A stretch of 52,093 nt of DNA, taken from NCBI GenBank assembly GCA_937935205.1, contig CALGXU010000088.1, positions 1 to 52,093 of the forward strand, written 5' to 3'. The notes beneath the pieces are model-generated. The model searched no databases and was not told the DNA's origin. It was given only the letters and a program-made list of their open reading frames with translations. This document shows, piece after piece, positions 33,182-42,336 of the stretch. The stretch's first letter is position 1. Every line of letters begins with the position of its first letter. This stretch comes from an uncultured Rothia sp. GTDB lineage: Bacteria > Actinomycetota > Actinomycetes > Actinomycetales > Micrococcaceae. The translations under genes and the position numbers were made by a program.

Positions 33182-33729
33182 TGAATATCAACATACTGTC
33201 TGAAACCGGCGAGATTACTATCTTCCAAGACGCTGACACGGGCAACACGTATATTGTGGAACCAGTGCTGGGAACCACAGAACCTATAGATATGGCAGAT
33301 GAGCCTTATCTGTTTATTGGGGACTACGATGACTTTATGCGGTCCGATAACCCCGTGTTCAAGACGCTTGGTAGGTATATTGTAGTGCATGATGAAACAC
33401 CTGCCAACGTGGGAGAATACGCTAAGTTGTTCAAGGGTGAACTGTGCTCACACTTCAAGTGCGTCGATGGGTGGGAGGACTATGACTTTATTGAGTCATA
33501 CGGGCAGATTCTAGCGGTCAATAAGCGACTAGGGAACGCTGAAGAATGGCTGTGCTATCTCAACATGTGGGACGACGGGGAAGTATATTCTGTCCTCGAC
33601 TGTTCGACCGGGATTAAGGTCACTGACATTTACGCTGAATACCATGAGGATGCACTTGAGCTTTATCTCAGGGACGGGGAGCTTGCATCACTGAAGGCAC
33701 GAGTCAACAAGGTATTGGAGGCTAACTAA
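33181..33729 (+). CDS. Acidic hypothetical protein (paralogue of 31284-31790)
   Basis: IFQDAD versus VFQDID near the N-terminus; shared C-terminal motif. Confidence 0.75.
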   Translation: MNINILSETGEITIFQDADTGNTYIVEPVLGTTEPIDMADEPYLFIGDYDDFMRSDNPVFKTLGRYIVVHDETPANVGEYAKLFKGELCSHFKCVDGWEDYDFIESYGQILAVNKRLGNAEEWLCYLNMWDDGEVYSVLDCSTGIKVTDIYAEYHEDALELYLRDGELASLKARVNKVLEAN

Positions 33730-34067
33730 TGAACATGGAAGAGTTGACTAAGGAATACAGTATTGCGTGCGCTAAGGCAGTACGAGACGGTATTCACGCA
33801 CTGGTGAGAAAGTGGGACAAGGATATTGTTAACTCACTGAATGAGCGTGACTACTGCATCTGCGCGGAATTGTACGGCGATAGCCTGTGCATCCTTGGTT
33901 ATATTGGCATGGACGGTTACTATGGGTATACCTGGTGGGACAACAGTGATATGAACCGGCAAGTTCAAGAACTGTTCGATGATCTTGGGGCACAAGTTGT
34001 GCTCAACGCAATGATTCACTACGGCTGGGAAGAAACTACGCATACAATTACTTGGAGGATCTACTGA
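33729..34067 (+). CDS. Hypothetical protein
   Basis: TAATG coupling. Confidence 0.7.
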   Translation: MNMEELTKEYSIACAKAVRDGIHALVRKWDKDIVNSLNERDYCICAELYGDSLCILGYIGMDGYYGYTWWDNSDMNRQVQELFDDLGAQVVLNAMIHYGWEETTHTITWRIY

Positions 34068-35483
34068 ATGACTTTCTCACCGCGCCACTACCAGGAACGT
34101 GTACTGGAAGGATTGGCGAACAGTAAAACACCGTACACGGGCCTGGTAGGCGCGGGCCTTGGTACGGGCAAGACGGCAATGAGCGTGTGGAACGCCCTCA
34201 ACGCTTTTGGCAGCACCATTGGGGAGCAGATTATCCTCATTGTCGCCCCTGTCCGTACCGAGTCTGGTTGGCGCTCGCACTGGAAGACGCTTGCCGGAAT
34301 TGACATGCGCACGCTGTCTGGTAAGAAAACTAAGACTGCCCTTGCAGTGTGGGACGATCTGGAAAACAGTGTACCCGGCGTGTACTTTATTACGTGGGAG
34401 CTGATGCGGACCCGTAATAAGGAAAAGCGGTGGGACGGGCGCGCGAAAAAGTACGTCTACAAGTCAATGGCTAAGCCGTTCTACGGTGTAGAGTTTGGCA
34501 TGGTTATTGCCGATGAATGGCATCGTGCGTGCAACCACTCGTCGCTCAACTTTGACGTTGCACGACACATTAAGGCGCAGTATCGCCTCGCACTGTCGGC
34601 AACGCCAGCCGGGAATAAGCCCTGCAACATTTGGGCCGCGCTCAAGTTCCTATGGCCTAACCACTACGGTGGTTACTGGGACTTTTGTGAAAAGTTTTTC
34701 AAGGTGGAAGTAAACCCTTGGAGCGCGTACGGGAAAGACTTTTCGGGAGAACGTTCCCCCGGCATGGTCCGTCGTGGAGCGCCGTCCTATCATGAAGTCT
34801 CACAGGCCGAGGCCAACCCTGAACTGCCCGGCGTGATTGTTCACCGTGTCGAAGTGGAACTATCCCGCACGCAGCGTAAGATGTACGACGATCTGGAACA
34901 GAAGGCACTCACGTTTCTGGGAGAAAACCCGCTTGCGCTGTCCATCCCGATGGAGCTTGACCTACGCTTGCGACAGATGACACTGGGAGTCCCCTCGTTT
35001 AACGAGGAAGGGACTGTCGATTACAAGGAAGATTGTAAGTCTTCCAAGCTGGATGCAATGATGGATATTATTGCGGACCTGCCTGAAGATGAACCTGTCA
35101 TCGTGTGGGTGCATAGCCAGAAGTTCATTAAGGCGGCGCTATACCGCCTGAAGAAAGCCGGGATCAAGGCTATTGAAGTTTCTGGTAAGTCTCGCGGTGA
35201 CTTCCATGCCATGATTAATGGAGACGTGCGTGTCATTGTCGCTCAACACGAGGCCATGTCAGAGGGAGTTGACGGACTTCAGCGAGTCTGCCATACTGAG
35301 ATATGGCTGAGTCAGTCTAACAGCCTGGTGATTAACGAACAGGCGACGGGACGGCTCAACCGACAGGGTCAGACTACGGCTGTTAACCGTTTCCTGATTC
35401 AGGCGACCGACACGGTGGACGACCGTGTTCTGGGACGCTTGCAGGAGCGTTTCGACAAGCTGAAGGCATCTGGACTAATCTAA
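34068..35483 (+). CDS. SF2 (SNF2-like) helicase
   Basis: GLGTGKT, IADEWH, LSATP, SEGVDGLQ, QATGRLNRQGQ. Confidence 0.92.
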   Translation: MTFSPRHYQERVLEGLANSKTPYTGLVGAGLGTGKTAMSVWNALNAFGSTIGEQIILIVAPVRTESGWRSHWKTLAGIDMRTLSGKKTKTALAVWDDLENSVPGVYFITWELMRTRNKEKRWDGRAKKYVYKSMAKPFYGVEFGMVIADEWHRACNHSSLNFDVARHIKAQYRLALSATPAGNKPCNIWAALKFLWPNHYGGYWDFCEKFFKVEVNPWSAYGKDFSGERSPGMVRRGAPSYHEVSQAEANPELPGVIVHRVEVELSRTQRKMYDDLEQKALTFLGENPLALSIPMELDLRLRQMTLGVPSFNEEGTVDYKEDCKSSKLDAMMDIIADLPEDEPVIVWVHSQKFIKAALYRLKKAGIKAIEVSGKSRGDFHAMINGDVRVIVAQHEAMSEGVDGLQRVCHTEIWLSQSNSLVINEQATGRLNRQGQTTAVNRFLIQATDTVDDRVLGRLQERFDKLKASGLI

Positions 35484-35512
35484 TACTGAAACAACTGAAG
35501 GGAGAAACCAAC

Positions 35513-35782
35513 ATGTCTGATTACGTTGAAATGACTGCACACAATATTCCATCCAAGGTTTTGGAGATGGTGTTTGCTGACTATAAGTACCGTGAAATTA
35601 CGTTCAACGACCTGATGGTGCCCGGCACTGTCGTTGTCGTCAAGGATCGAACTTACCTGTTCACCAAGGCTAGTGTTTGGGTTGATGAAGATGGGCGTAT
35701 CCACCCACGTAACATTATCTTTTCTAGTTTCTTGTACGGTGCCGTCCAGCTTGTTAGACGAGGCAAGCCCGCAAACGACTGA
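35513..35782 (+). CDS. Hypothetical protein, early-arm paralogue family (only member on the right arm)
   Basis: MVPGTVVVVKDRTYLFTKASVWVDEDG...LVRRG. Confidence 0.7.
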   Translation: MSDYVEMTAHNIPSKVLEMVFADYKYREITFNDLMVPGTVVVVKDRTYLFTKASVWVDEDGRIHPRNIIFSSFLYGAVQLVRRGKPAND

Positions 35783-35817
35783 AACAACAAACCAACAAAC
35801 CGAAAGAGAGAACAATT

Positions 35818-36072
35818 ATGTATGATTACTACAATGATGCTGTTAGCAAGCTGAACGCAAGCCGGGAGAAGAAGTCTAAGGGCCGTTTCATCCCTCTCCT
35901 GTTCTGCTTCGCTTTCGTGATTACGGGAGTCTGGTACCCGGATTACTTTATGTGGGTTGTGTACGCTTTCGCGGCTTACATGGCACTGATCGTTGGGGCG
36001 CTTATCCTCGTGGGACTTATCCTGCTTGCGGTGTGGCTTATGGTCCTCTGGGCGAACAAACTGGAAGACTGA
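35818..36072 (+). CDS. Two-TM membrane protein
   Basis: Long hydrophobic stretches; CAA-rich leader. Confidence 0.72.
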   Translation: MYDYYNDAVSKLNASREKKSKGRFIPLLFCFAFVITGVWYPDYFMWVVYAFAAYMALIVGALILVGLILLAVWLMVLWANKLED

Positions 36073-36075
36073 ACC

Positions 36076-36453
36076 ATGCAGATTATTGAGTTCAACCACA
36101 AGACGGTCTCTGCCCTCCTGAAGAAGCCAGTAGAAGAATACTGGATGAAGGACAAGGACGCTTGGCTGAAGTTTGAGGACGGGAGCGTCGTGTGCATCCA
36201 CGCTATTAACCCCACATGGCAAGCCTACGTGTCAGTAGAGATTTGCGACTACGCTAAGTCTGTCAATGACAGCCAGGAGCTGCACTTGTACTACAATTCC
36301 AGTGGTGACGAGCGCTGGTTCATGCAGAAACACGTAAGCATTATCCTTGACGGTGCTCGTTACTACTACTCAGACCAGCTTGACTACGTAACACGGGAGT
36401 ACATTACCGTGATTGAGTTCCACTACTACACGAAGGAGGAAGAATGGGTGTAA
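36076..36453 (+). CDS. Hypothetical protein
   Basis: 125 aa within the operon. Confidence 0.72.
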   Translation: MQIIEFNHKTVSALLKKPVEEYWMKDKDAWLKFEDGSVVCIHAINPTWQAYVSVEICDYAKSVNDSQELHLYYNSSGDERWFMQKHVSIILDGARYYYSDQLDYVTREYITVIEFHYYTKEEEWV

Positions 36454-37127
36454 CCATTCGAGATATCTACGCACCCCCATTGGGCTTTGGCTGGGAGAAC
36501 CTTCCCACCCGATACGTCAAGCGACAGTACCTTGACATCGAGAACGGCCTTGTCACTACGCCTAGCGGGGCTGTTATCGGGACCGGGACGCTGCCTAACG
36601 GACGGCTTGCACTGCTCAACGACAGGGGTACCGTGTGCGCTCAGTGGTGGTCCGCAAAGGATGAGATGGTTGTCGTTGATCCATTCGACAACCATGTGTT
36701 TGTCGTGCCTAGTATTGACGATCTGAAGTGCAATGCGCGGGAGATGACCTCAGCGCAGATCGACATTAAGGCGGCGCGCCCGCTGGACCTGTCGATCATG
36801 TGGACTGACCCTGTTGCAGGTGAGTGCGGTTTTGACCGGGACGATCTCTCGATTGGTGAGCATCACTACTACACTGACCGTTTGAACGGTACAGTTCTCC
36901 TGGGTCTTGTGGAAGACGCGGACGGTAACTATGTTGTGAGCCGCAACTCTGTCCTGTGTCGTCTGCTGCGGTACGTGGATGGGGACCGTTTCGCCTTCAG
37001 TGACTACCGTAAGAAGGCTATCCCAGGTCTGCTGAACGACAACGGCGGGCTGTCGGACTTCGCCCGTAAGGTGCTCCTGTGGGCAAACAACCTGACCGAT
37101 GAACAGCGGGAGATTCTTTCCAAGTGA
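36444..37127 (+). CDS. Hypothetical protein
   Basis: 227 aa; AGGAG RBS. Confidence 0.75.
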   Translation: MGVTIRDIYAPPLGFGWENLPTRYVKRQYLDIENGLVTTPSGAVIGTGTLPNGRLALLNDRGTVCAQWWSAKDEMVVVDPFDNHVFVVPSIDDLKCNAREMTSAQIDIKAARPLDLSIMWTDPVAGECGFDRDDLSIGEHHYYTDRLNGTVLLGLVEDADGNYVVSRNSVLCRLLRYVDGDRFAFSDYRKKAIPGLLNDNGGLSDFARKVLLWANNLTDEQREILSK

Positions 37128-37531
37128 GAGAGTACATTAAGGCAGCGCGGGACGAGGCCGCTAAGTCCCGGTGCGACCGTGCCCATGTGGGGTGTGTGAT
37201 CGTTGACCGTGCAACGGGACAGGTTGTGTCTCGCGCGTTCAACGAAACACCGCACGGCCTTGAGCCGTGCGACACGGGGGGCCACCGGATGGTCGATGAC
37301 CATTGCGTCAACACTATCCATGCTGAACGTAATGCGATTCGACAGATGAAGGAACATGGGAGTGAGTACACGCTCTATGTGACCCACTATCCGTGTCGTG
37401 GTTGTGCGCATCTTATCTCGACTTGCCCTGAGATCGTAGAAGTTGTGTACCTCGGGGACTACAACAATTCGAGCGAGGCAACAGCACTTTTGGAGGGATT
37501 GTCGAAGGGTGTTCATCGTGGCGAAGAATAA
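37124..37531 (+). CDS. dCMP deaminase (ComEB-like)
   Basis: SRCDRAHVGCVIV, IHAERNAI, LYVTHYPCRGCA. Confidence 0.9.
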   Translation: MREYIKAARDEAAKSRCDRAHVGCVIVDRATGQVVSRAFNETPHGLEPCDTGGHRMVDDHCVNTIHAERNAIRQMKEHGSEYTLYVTHYPCRGCAHLISTCPEIVEVVYLGDYNNSSEATALLEGLSKGVHRGEE

Positions 37532-37799
37532 GCTAGTCTTGCAGGTACCCCCCGATTGTATGTTCACGGCTATTGAGCTGAACAAGATTGAGAAGACGGG
37601 GTGGTATGTCAAGGAAAACGAGATCATGTGTCGTACGACGACAATGCCGGGCTTTGGTACCAGAGCATTGCGCAAGGTTCTCACACCGGGAGACTTTCTG
37701 GTTCTCATTGAGTCTCCACTAGATGACTTGCATAATTTTGCGTGGAATATGTACGTACTGAAAGAAGCCGAGTATAGGGGATGGTTAGAGCGTGAGTGA
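37518..37799 (+). CDS. Hypothetical protein
   Basis: GTG start (MAKNKLVLQVPP...), overlapping both neighbours. Confidence 0.6.
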   Translation: MAKNKLVLQVPPDCMFTAIELNKIEKTGWYVKENEIMCRTTTMPGFGTRALRKVLTPGDFLVLIESPLDDLHNFAWNMYVLKEAEYRGWLERE

Positions 37800-38496
37800 A
37801 ATCTACGACCGTATTGTACGGGAGTTGACGAAGCCCTCTGAGCGCGATAGGCAGCGTAAGGTTGGTCCGTCTGAGCTGGGAGACCTGTGTGAGCGCTGCT
37901 TGGCAGAAAAGCTGCTGGGTGTACATGTGGAGGAAAAGACGTACCCTCTGGCCCCGATGATTGGGACCGCGTTCCACTTGTACCTTGAGACGACACTGGG
38001 GCTAGAAGATTACCTGAAGGAAACAAAGGTAACAGTTGGCGAGATTGAAGGGTATGGAGCGATTCGTGGGACTGCTGACGGGTTTGATCTTAGGGGCGGA
38101 CATGTTGTTGATTACAAGGTCTTGTCGAAGAAGAAGATCAAGGCTTTCTCGTCTGCAACGTTCTTCGATGAGGACCGCAACCCTGAGTTCTATTCGGACT
38201 CGATGACCGAAGGCCAGATTAAAAAGTACTATTACCAGATGCAGTTGTATGGTCTGGGCATGGAGAACGCTGGGTATGAGGTAAATCATACTTCCCTGAT
38301 TTTGTTTCCCAGGGATGCTACAATAGAATCTGTCACAACGGCAACTCATGAGTTGTGCTTCAAGTACAACCGAGAAGCCGCCCTGGCTGTCCTGGAACGT
38401 GCCAACGAGATTTTCAAGTGGGCCACCAACAACCCGGACAACCTGGGAGAACTCGACAGCCATTCCGGCTGTTATTTCTGCGCTTTCAAGCGCTAA
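37792..38496 (+). CDS. Cas4-like PD-(D/E)XK exonuclease
   Basis: GPSELGDLCERC, IGTAFH, GTAD...VVDYK, QMQLYGLG, C-terminal CYFC. Confidence 0.88.
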   Translation: MSEIYDRIVRELTKPSERDRQRKVGPSELGDLCERCLAEKLLGVHVEEKTYPLAPMIGTAFHLYLETTLGLEDYLKETKVTVGEIEGYGAIRGTADGFDLRGGHVVDYKVLSKKKIKAFSSATFFDEDRNPEFYSDSMTEGQIKKYYYQMQLYGLGMENAGYEVNHTSLILFPRDATIESVTTATHELCFKYNREAALAVLERANEIFKWATNNPDNLGELDSHSGCYFCAFKR

Positions 38497-38511
38497 AAAG
38501 AAAGGAGAAAC

Positions 38512-39294
38512 ATGGGAAAGTTCGACTCGTTCCTCAAGGGAATCGATATCGAAGTGTCTGACCCCCGTATCACCACCCCTAAGATCAAGATGCTGATCTA
38601 CGGCATGTCGGGAACCGGGAAGACTTCGCTCGCAGTTTCGGCCTCAAAGGTTGAAGAGCTGGGGCCGGTCCTTTACATCGACTTGGAGCGCGGTACCGCA
38701 CCGGCTGCCAAGTACGGCGACCTGGACAACATGCTTGTCGTTCAGCCAGCGACCTACCAGAAGTTTGCTGAACTCCTTGTCGAGATTAGCAAGAAGAAGG
38801 ACATGCCGTTCAAGACTATCGTCATCGACACGGTTGACCGCTTGCAGGAACTTATCAAGTTCCACTTCAAGGCCACGAAACCCAATGACAGCTTTGCCAT
38901 GTGGGACGCTACTTACGAGAAGATCATTGATCTTGTCAACAAGATCAGCTTTGACCTCGGACTGAACATCATCTGCATCACGCACGAAGCGCGTGAAGTG
39001 AACGATGTGTCCCGGCTGTCGCTTATCGGACCATCATTTGAGGGCAAGCAGAGCTTCAAGAAGCTACCCGGAATCTTCGATATTATCGCCCGCATGACGT
39101 GGGAGGATGTTGGAGACGATGACAATGAAGAGCTGGTCACAGTCATGACTGTCCGGTCTTCGTCTGAAGTACTGGCAAAGACGCGATTCGACCCGATGCC
39201 GTCCATGTCTGGAAACACGACAATGGAGAAGATCATGGGTTGGGTTCATGAGCATTGTGAAACACAGGAAGTAAAGGAAGAAAATGACGACTAG
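38512..39294 (+). CDS. Sak4-like AAA ATPase (recombinase)
   Basis: LIYGMSGTGKT, IDLERG, TIVIDT, ICITH; lies between the exonuclease and SSB. Confidence 0.85.
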   Translation: MGKFDSFLKGIDIEVSDPRITTPKIKMLIYGMSGTGKTSLAVSASKVEELGPVLYIDLERGTAPAAKYGDLDNMLVVQPATYQKFAELLVEISKKKDMPFKTIVIDTVDRLQELIKFHFKATKPNDSFAMWDATYEKIIDLVNKISFDLGLNIICITHEAREVNDVSRLSLIGPSFEGKQSFKKLPGIFDIIARMTWEDVGDDDNEELVTVMTVRSSSEVLAKTRFDPMPSMSGNTTMEKIMGWVHEHCETQEVKEENDD

Positions 39295-39475
39295 GTACCT
39301 CTCTATTAATGATGCGTCTGAGCGCACGGGAGTTGGTCGAACGACCATCCTGTACCGCATCAACACCGGGAAGTTCCCACAACCCGACGCAATCGTTACT
39401 TACAAGCGAACTGCCGCCCTCGGGTGGCTACCTGAAACCATCGAAGATTACAACACTGACAAGAAGGAGAACTGA
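39284..39475 (+). CDS. AlpA/excisionase-like HTH protein
   Basis: YLSINDASERTGVGRTTILYRINTGKFPQPD...GW. Confidence 0.8.
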   Translation: MTTRYLSINDASERTGVGRTTILYRINTGKFPQPDAIVTYKRTAALGWLPETIEDYNTDKKEN

Positions 39476-39477
39476 CC

Positions 39478-39942
39478 ATGATTAACTTTGACGAACTTAT
39501 GAACCTGGAAGTTGCCGAATCCCTTAGCTTTGAGCCACTGCCCGAGGGTCAGTACAAGGTGACTGTCGATGCCTGTGAGCTGGGCGAGTCCAAGGCTGGC
39601 AAGCCTATGTACACAGTGGACTTCGTTGTCACCGAGGGCGACCACGCATCTCGACAGCTTCGTTACTGGCTGGTCCTGGTCACTAAGAAGGGTCTCCATT
39701 GGGACTTGCCCAAGTTCTGCGAGGCATCCGGTAACGCCTGGCCCGACGAGCCGACCAAGCGTAACGAGGCGTACTTCAACCAGGTCGCACTTAACCTGGT
39801 TGGCAAGACTGCGACGATCACCGTTGCGATTGAGGAACGCGAGTACAACGGCGAGATGCGCAAGAACAACAACATCAAGAAGGTCGAGTGGGACGAGGCC
39901 AAGACCAAGAAGAAGTCTAAGGCCACCCGGATCGAACTCTGA
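39478..39942 (+). CDS. DUF669-like single-stranded DNA-binding protein
   Basis: FEPLPEGQY.V...SKAGKPM...LVGK...EYNG...NNIK. Confidence 0.8.
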   Translation: MINFDELMNLEVAESLSFEPLPEGQYKVTVDACELGESKAGKPMYTVDFVVTEGDHASRQLRYWLVLVTKKGLHWDLPKFCEASGNAWPDEPTKRNEAYFNQVALNLVGKTATITVAIEEREYNGEMRKNNNIKKVEWDEAKTKKKSKATRIEL

Positions 39943-39949
39943 TCTTTTT

Positions 39950-39993
39950 CGGCGGGCCGTATCTTGACAACCAGGTACGGCCCGCCGTACTAT
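39950..39993 (+). promoter_or_regulatory. Promoter TTGACA-18-TACTAT with the -35 in the loop of a 12-bp inverted repeat
   Basis: CGGCGGGCCGTA/TACGGCCCGCCG at 39950-39961/39976-39987. Confidence 0.7.
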
Positions 39994-40020
39994 ATCTAAC
40001 GCAGACAGGAAAGGAGAGTA

Positions 40021-42336
40021 ATGAACCTCAAAGAGTTCTTTCAGGCAGTATTCCCACAGGGAGACGGCTGGACACCCATCATCTTGAAGGGTCAGATGGG
40101 TGGTCTTACAAACTTCCGCTGGTTTGAGCTGCCAGCGCAGCTTGATAAAATGGTGGCATACGCCGAGGCTAACGCTGATCTGGACGTGTACTACTCTCCC
40201 TTCCTTTACACCAAGCCCCCGGCCCTGTCGAACACGAGGCACGCAGCCAAGGATAACGTGACCAAGGCAGCGTGCGTCTGGGCAGACGGTGATGACTGCC
40301 CTACCGACAAGCTCCGCATCCAGCCTACAATCACTGTTCAGACCAGCGAGAAGCACTGGCAGGGATACTGGCTACTCGAAGACGCAGGCGACCTGTCGAA
40401 CGACATGCTCGAAGCCCTTTCTCGGGGACTGTACGAAGCGCATAAGAACGACGGCATGGACCGAGGCTGGCCCCTGTCCAAGAAGCTCCGCGTCCCATTC
40501 ACGCACAACCTCAAGAAGGTGAAGCCCTGGGAGATCACTCTCACCATTAACGACGAGGCGATCACCGCAGCAGAGTTCGCCGCCGAGTACCCGCCTGTCG
40601 AACGCATGGGCATTGAGGAAGAAGACTTTCCCACCGACATCCCCTCCATGTTTGAGGTGCTAGGCATGGTGAACCGCAGCTACATCACGGACCTTGCAAC
40701 GGATGACACCTTCAACGACGACGAGGACCGCAGCTCGAAGATGTATCACCTTCAGTGCGCCCTCTGGGAAGAAGGTTGTTCAATTGTTGAAGCATTTGCC
40801 GTTGTACGCGCCACAGAGTTCAACAAGTTTGAGCAAGACGGGCGCGGCGACGGGTACCTCTGGAAGCAGATCAATCGTGACTATGCACGCTGGAAGGCTG
40901 AACACAGCGGCCCAACTGAGAACGATCTCGAAGCGACAACACGTATCGGCTCGTCCTACCTCCTGAGTGAAGCACGTGAACTCACCTTGCAGGACGTAAC
41001 CTTCCTGCACGAGAACGAGGAAGAACCGATGGGCCTGTTTGTTGATCAGTTCGCAGCGTGGGCGGCAACTAAGTCAGCAATGGCACCCAAGCAGTTCCAC
41101 TACGCGGGCGCTCTCGCTATCCTGTCGAGCATGTTTGCTAAGTATGCTTTCCTCCCTATGAACGTCCAAAAGATGCCGTTGAACCTGTACTTCCTGGTTC
41201 TGGGACGTACTACCCAGTCTCGTAAGTCTACGTCTCTGCGCCTCGCTGAGTCGATGATGCGTGACATTGCTGTTGGTATCGGTAAGGGGCCGGATGCCTT
41301 CATTGCTCCTGAAGATTCAACAGGCGAGGCGTTGTCCGCATATCTGCGTACCAAGCCTAAAGAGTCTGGTTTGTTTGCTATCGACGAGGTGCAGGACTTT
41401 TTCGCGCACGCTGCGCAGAAGGGTAGCTATATGGCATCAATGATGCCATTCCTCACCAAGAGCTACGACGGCTATATTCCTGCTGTCGCACGTAAGGACA
41501 AGGGCGGCAAGGTCGCGTACCAGACTGCCACACCGTACTACATGACGTTCTACGGGACGGGCATCCTTGACCAGGCCGCGAAGCATCTGACGACCGAGAA
41601 GGTCGAGTCTGGCTTCACGCCACGATGCCTTGTCGTAATTGACGACAGGGACAAGTACATCACGTCCTCTCAGGATGTGAAGCTCGTGACCGTGAGCGCA
41701 TCGACGGGTAAGGTTGAGGACAAGCAGCGCGATTTCATGGTGTCGAACTTGATCAAGTCCGTGACTAAGTTCGACGTGGCTTTCAACGCTCGCCGTGCGC
41801 AACGCATGGAGAATGAGGAAGTGCGTATCCCCATCGAGTTTGAGCCGGGCGTGTTCGAGCGCTGGATTGAGTTCTCGGAAGAAGCCAAGGTGCTCGCTGA
41901 GCGACACATGCTGAATAGTCGTGAGCTGTTCCCTGGCACTGAGCGTATGACGTTCTCGGTGCTCCGTATCGCGGCCTTGCTTGCCATGTATAACGGGCCG
42001 ACGACAAAAGGTACGGTCGTGGTATCAATGCGGGAAATGTTGAAGGCTATCTCGCTTGCGTCTATTTGGCTGTCTTCTAACGAGGTGTTCATTCACCACG
42101 TGAAGAACTCTAACTTCAGTAACAAGGTCGATAAGCTCATCAACTTCGTTGCACGCACCGACAACGGCATAGTGGCTATTCCTAAGCTAATGTTGAAGTT
42201 CCAGTCTGAGATCAGCGGTATGCGTGAACTGAAGGAAATCATCACGTATGCCCAGGCGCGCGGTGTTATTCAAGAAGTCGTGAAGGGTAAGACAAACAAC
42301 GAAAGGTTTATTAAGTACACGGGAGGGCAAGTATGA
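40021..42336 (+). CDS. Primase (RepB-like AEP) fused to a helicase (DUF3987-like)
   Basis: DVYYSP, VWADGD, QTSEKHWQGYW, LRVPFTHNLK; C-terminal NLYFLVLGRTTQSRKST, IDE, SGFTPR. Confidence 0.85.
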   Translation: MNLKEFFQAVFPQGDGWTPIILKGQMGGLTNFRWFELPAQLDKMVAYAEANADLDVYYSPFLYTKPPALSNTRHAAKDNVTKAACVWADGDDCPTDKLRIQPTITVQTSEKHWQGYWLLEDAGDLSNDMLEALSRGLYEAHKNDGMDRGWPLSKKLRVPFTHNLKKVKPWEITLTINDEAITAAEFAAEYPPVERMGIEEEDFPTDIPSMFEVLGMVNRSYITDLATDDTFNDDEDRSSKMYHLQCALWEEGCSIVEAFAVVRATEFNKFEQDGRGDGYLWKQINRDYARWKAEHSGPTENDLEATTRIGSSYLLSEARELTLQDVTFLHENEEEPMGLFVDQFAAWAATKSAMAPKQFHYAGALAILSSMFAKYAFLPMNVQKMPLNLYFLVLGRTTQSRKSTSLRLAESMMRDIAVGIGKGPDAFIAPEDSTGEALSAYLRTKPKESGLFAIDEVQDFFAHAAQKGSYMASMMPFLTKSYDGYIPAVARKDKGGKVAYQTATPYYMTFYGTGILDQAAKHLTTEKVESGFTPRCLVVIDDRDKYITSSQDVKLVTVSASTGKVEDKQRDFMVSNLIKSVTKFDVAFNARRAQRMENEEVRIPIEFEPGVFERWIEFSEEAKVLAERHMLNSRELFPGTERMTFSVLRIAALLAMYNGPTTKGTVVVSMREMLKAISLASIWLSSNEVFIHHVKNSNFSNKVDKLINFVARTDNGIVAIPKLMLKFQSEISGMRELKEIITYAQARGVIQEVVKGKTNNERFIKYTGGQV

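Noticed and set aside
37792..38496. Cas4-like gene as evidence of a CRISPR system
   Set aside because: No repeat-spacer array or other cas genes seen; it sits in the usual exonuclease-Sak4-SSB recombination module.
39284..39475. Excisionase-like HTH, ANT protein and RDF-labelled lipoprotein as signs of lysogeny
   Set aside because: No tyrosine or serine integrase, ParA or CI-like repressor was recognised; these families also occur in lytic phages.
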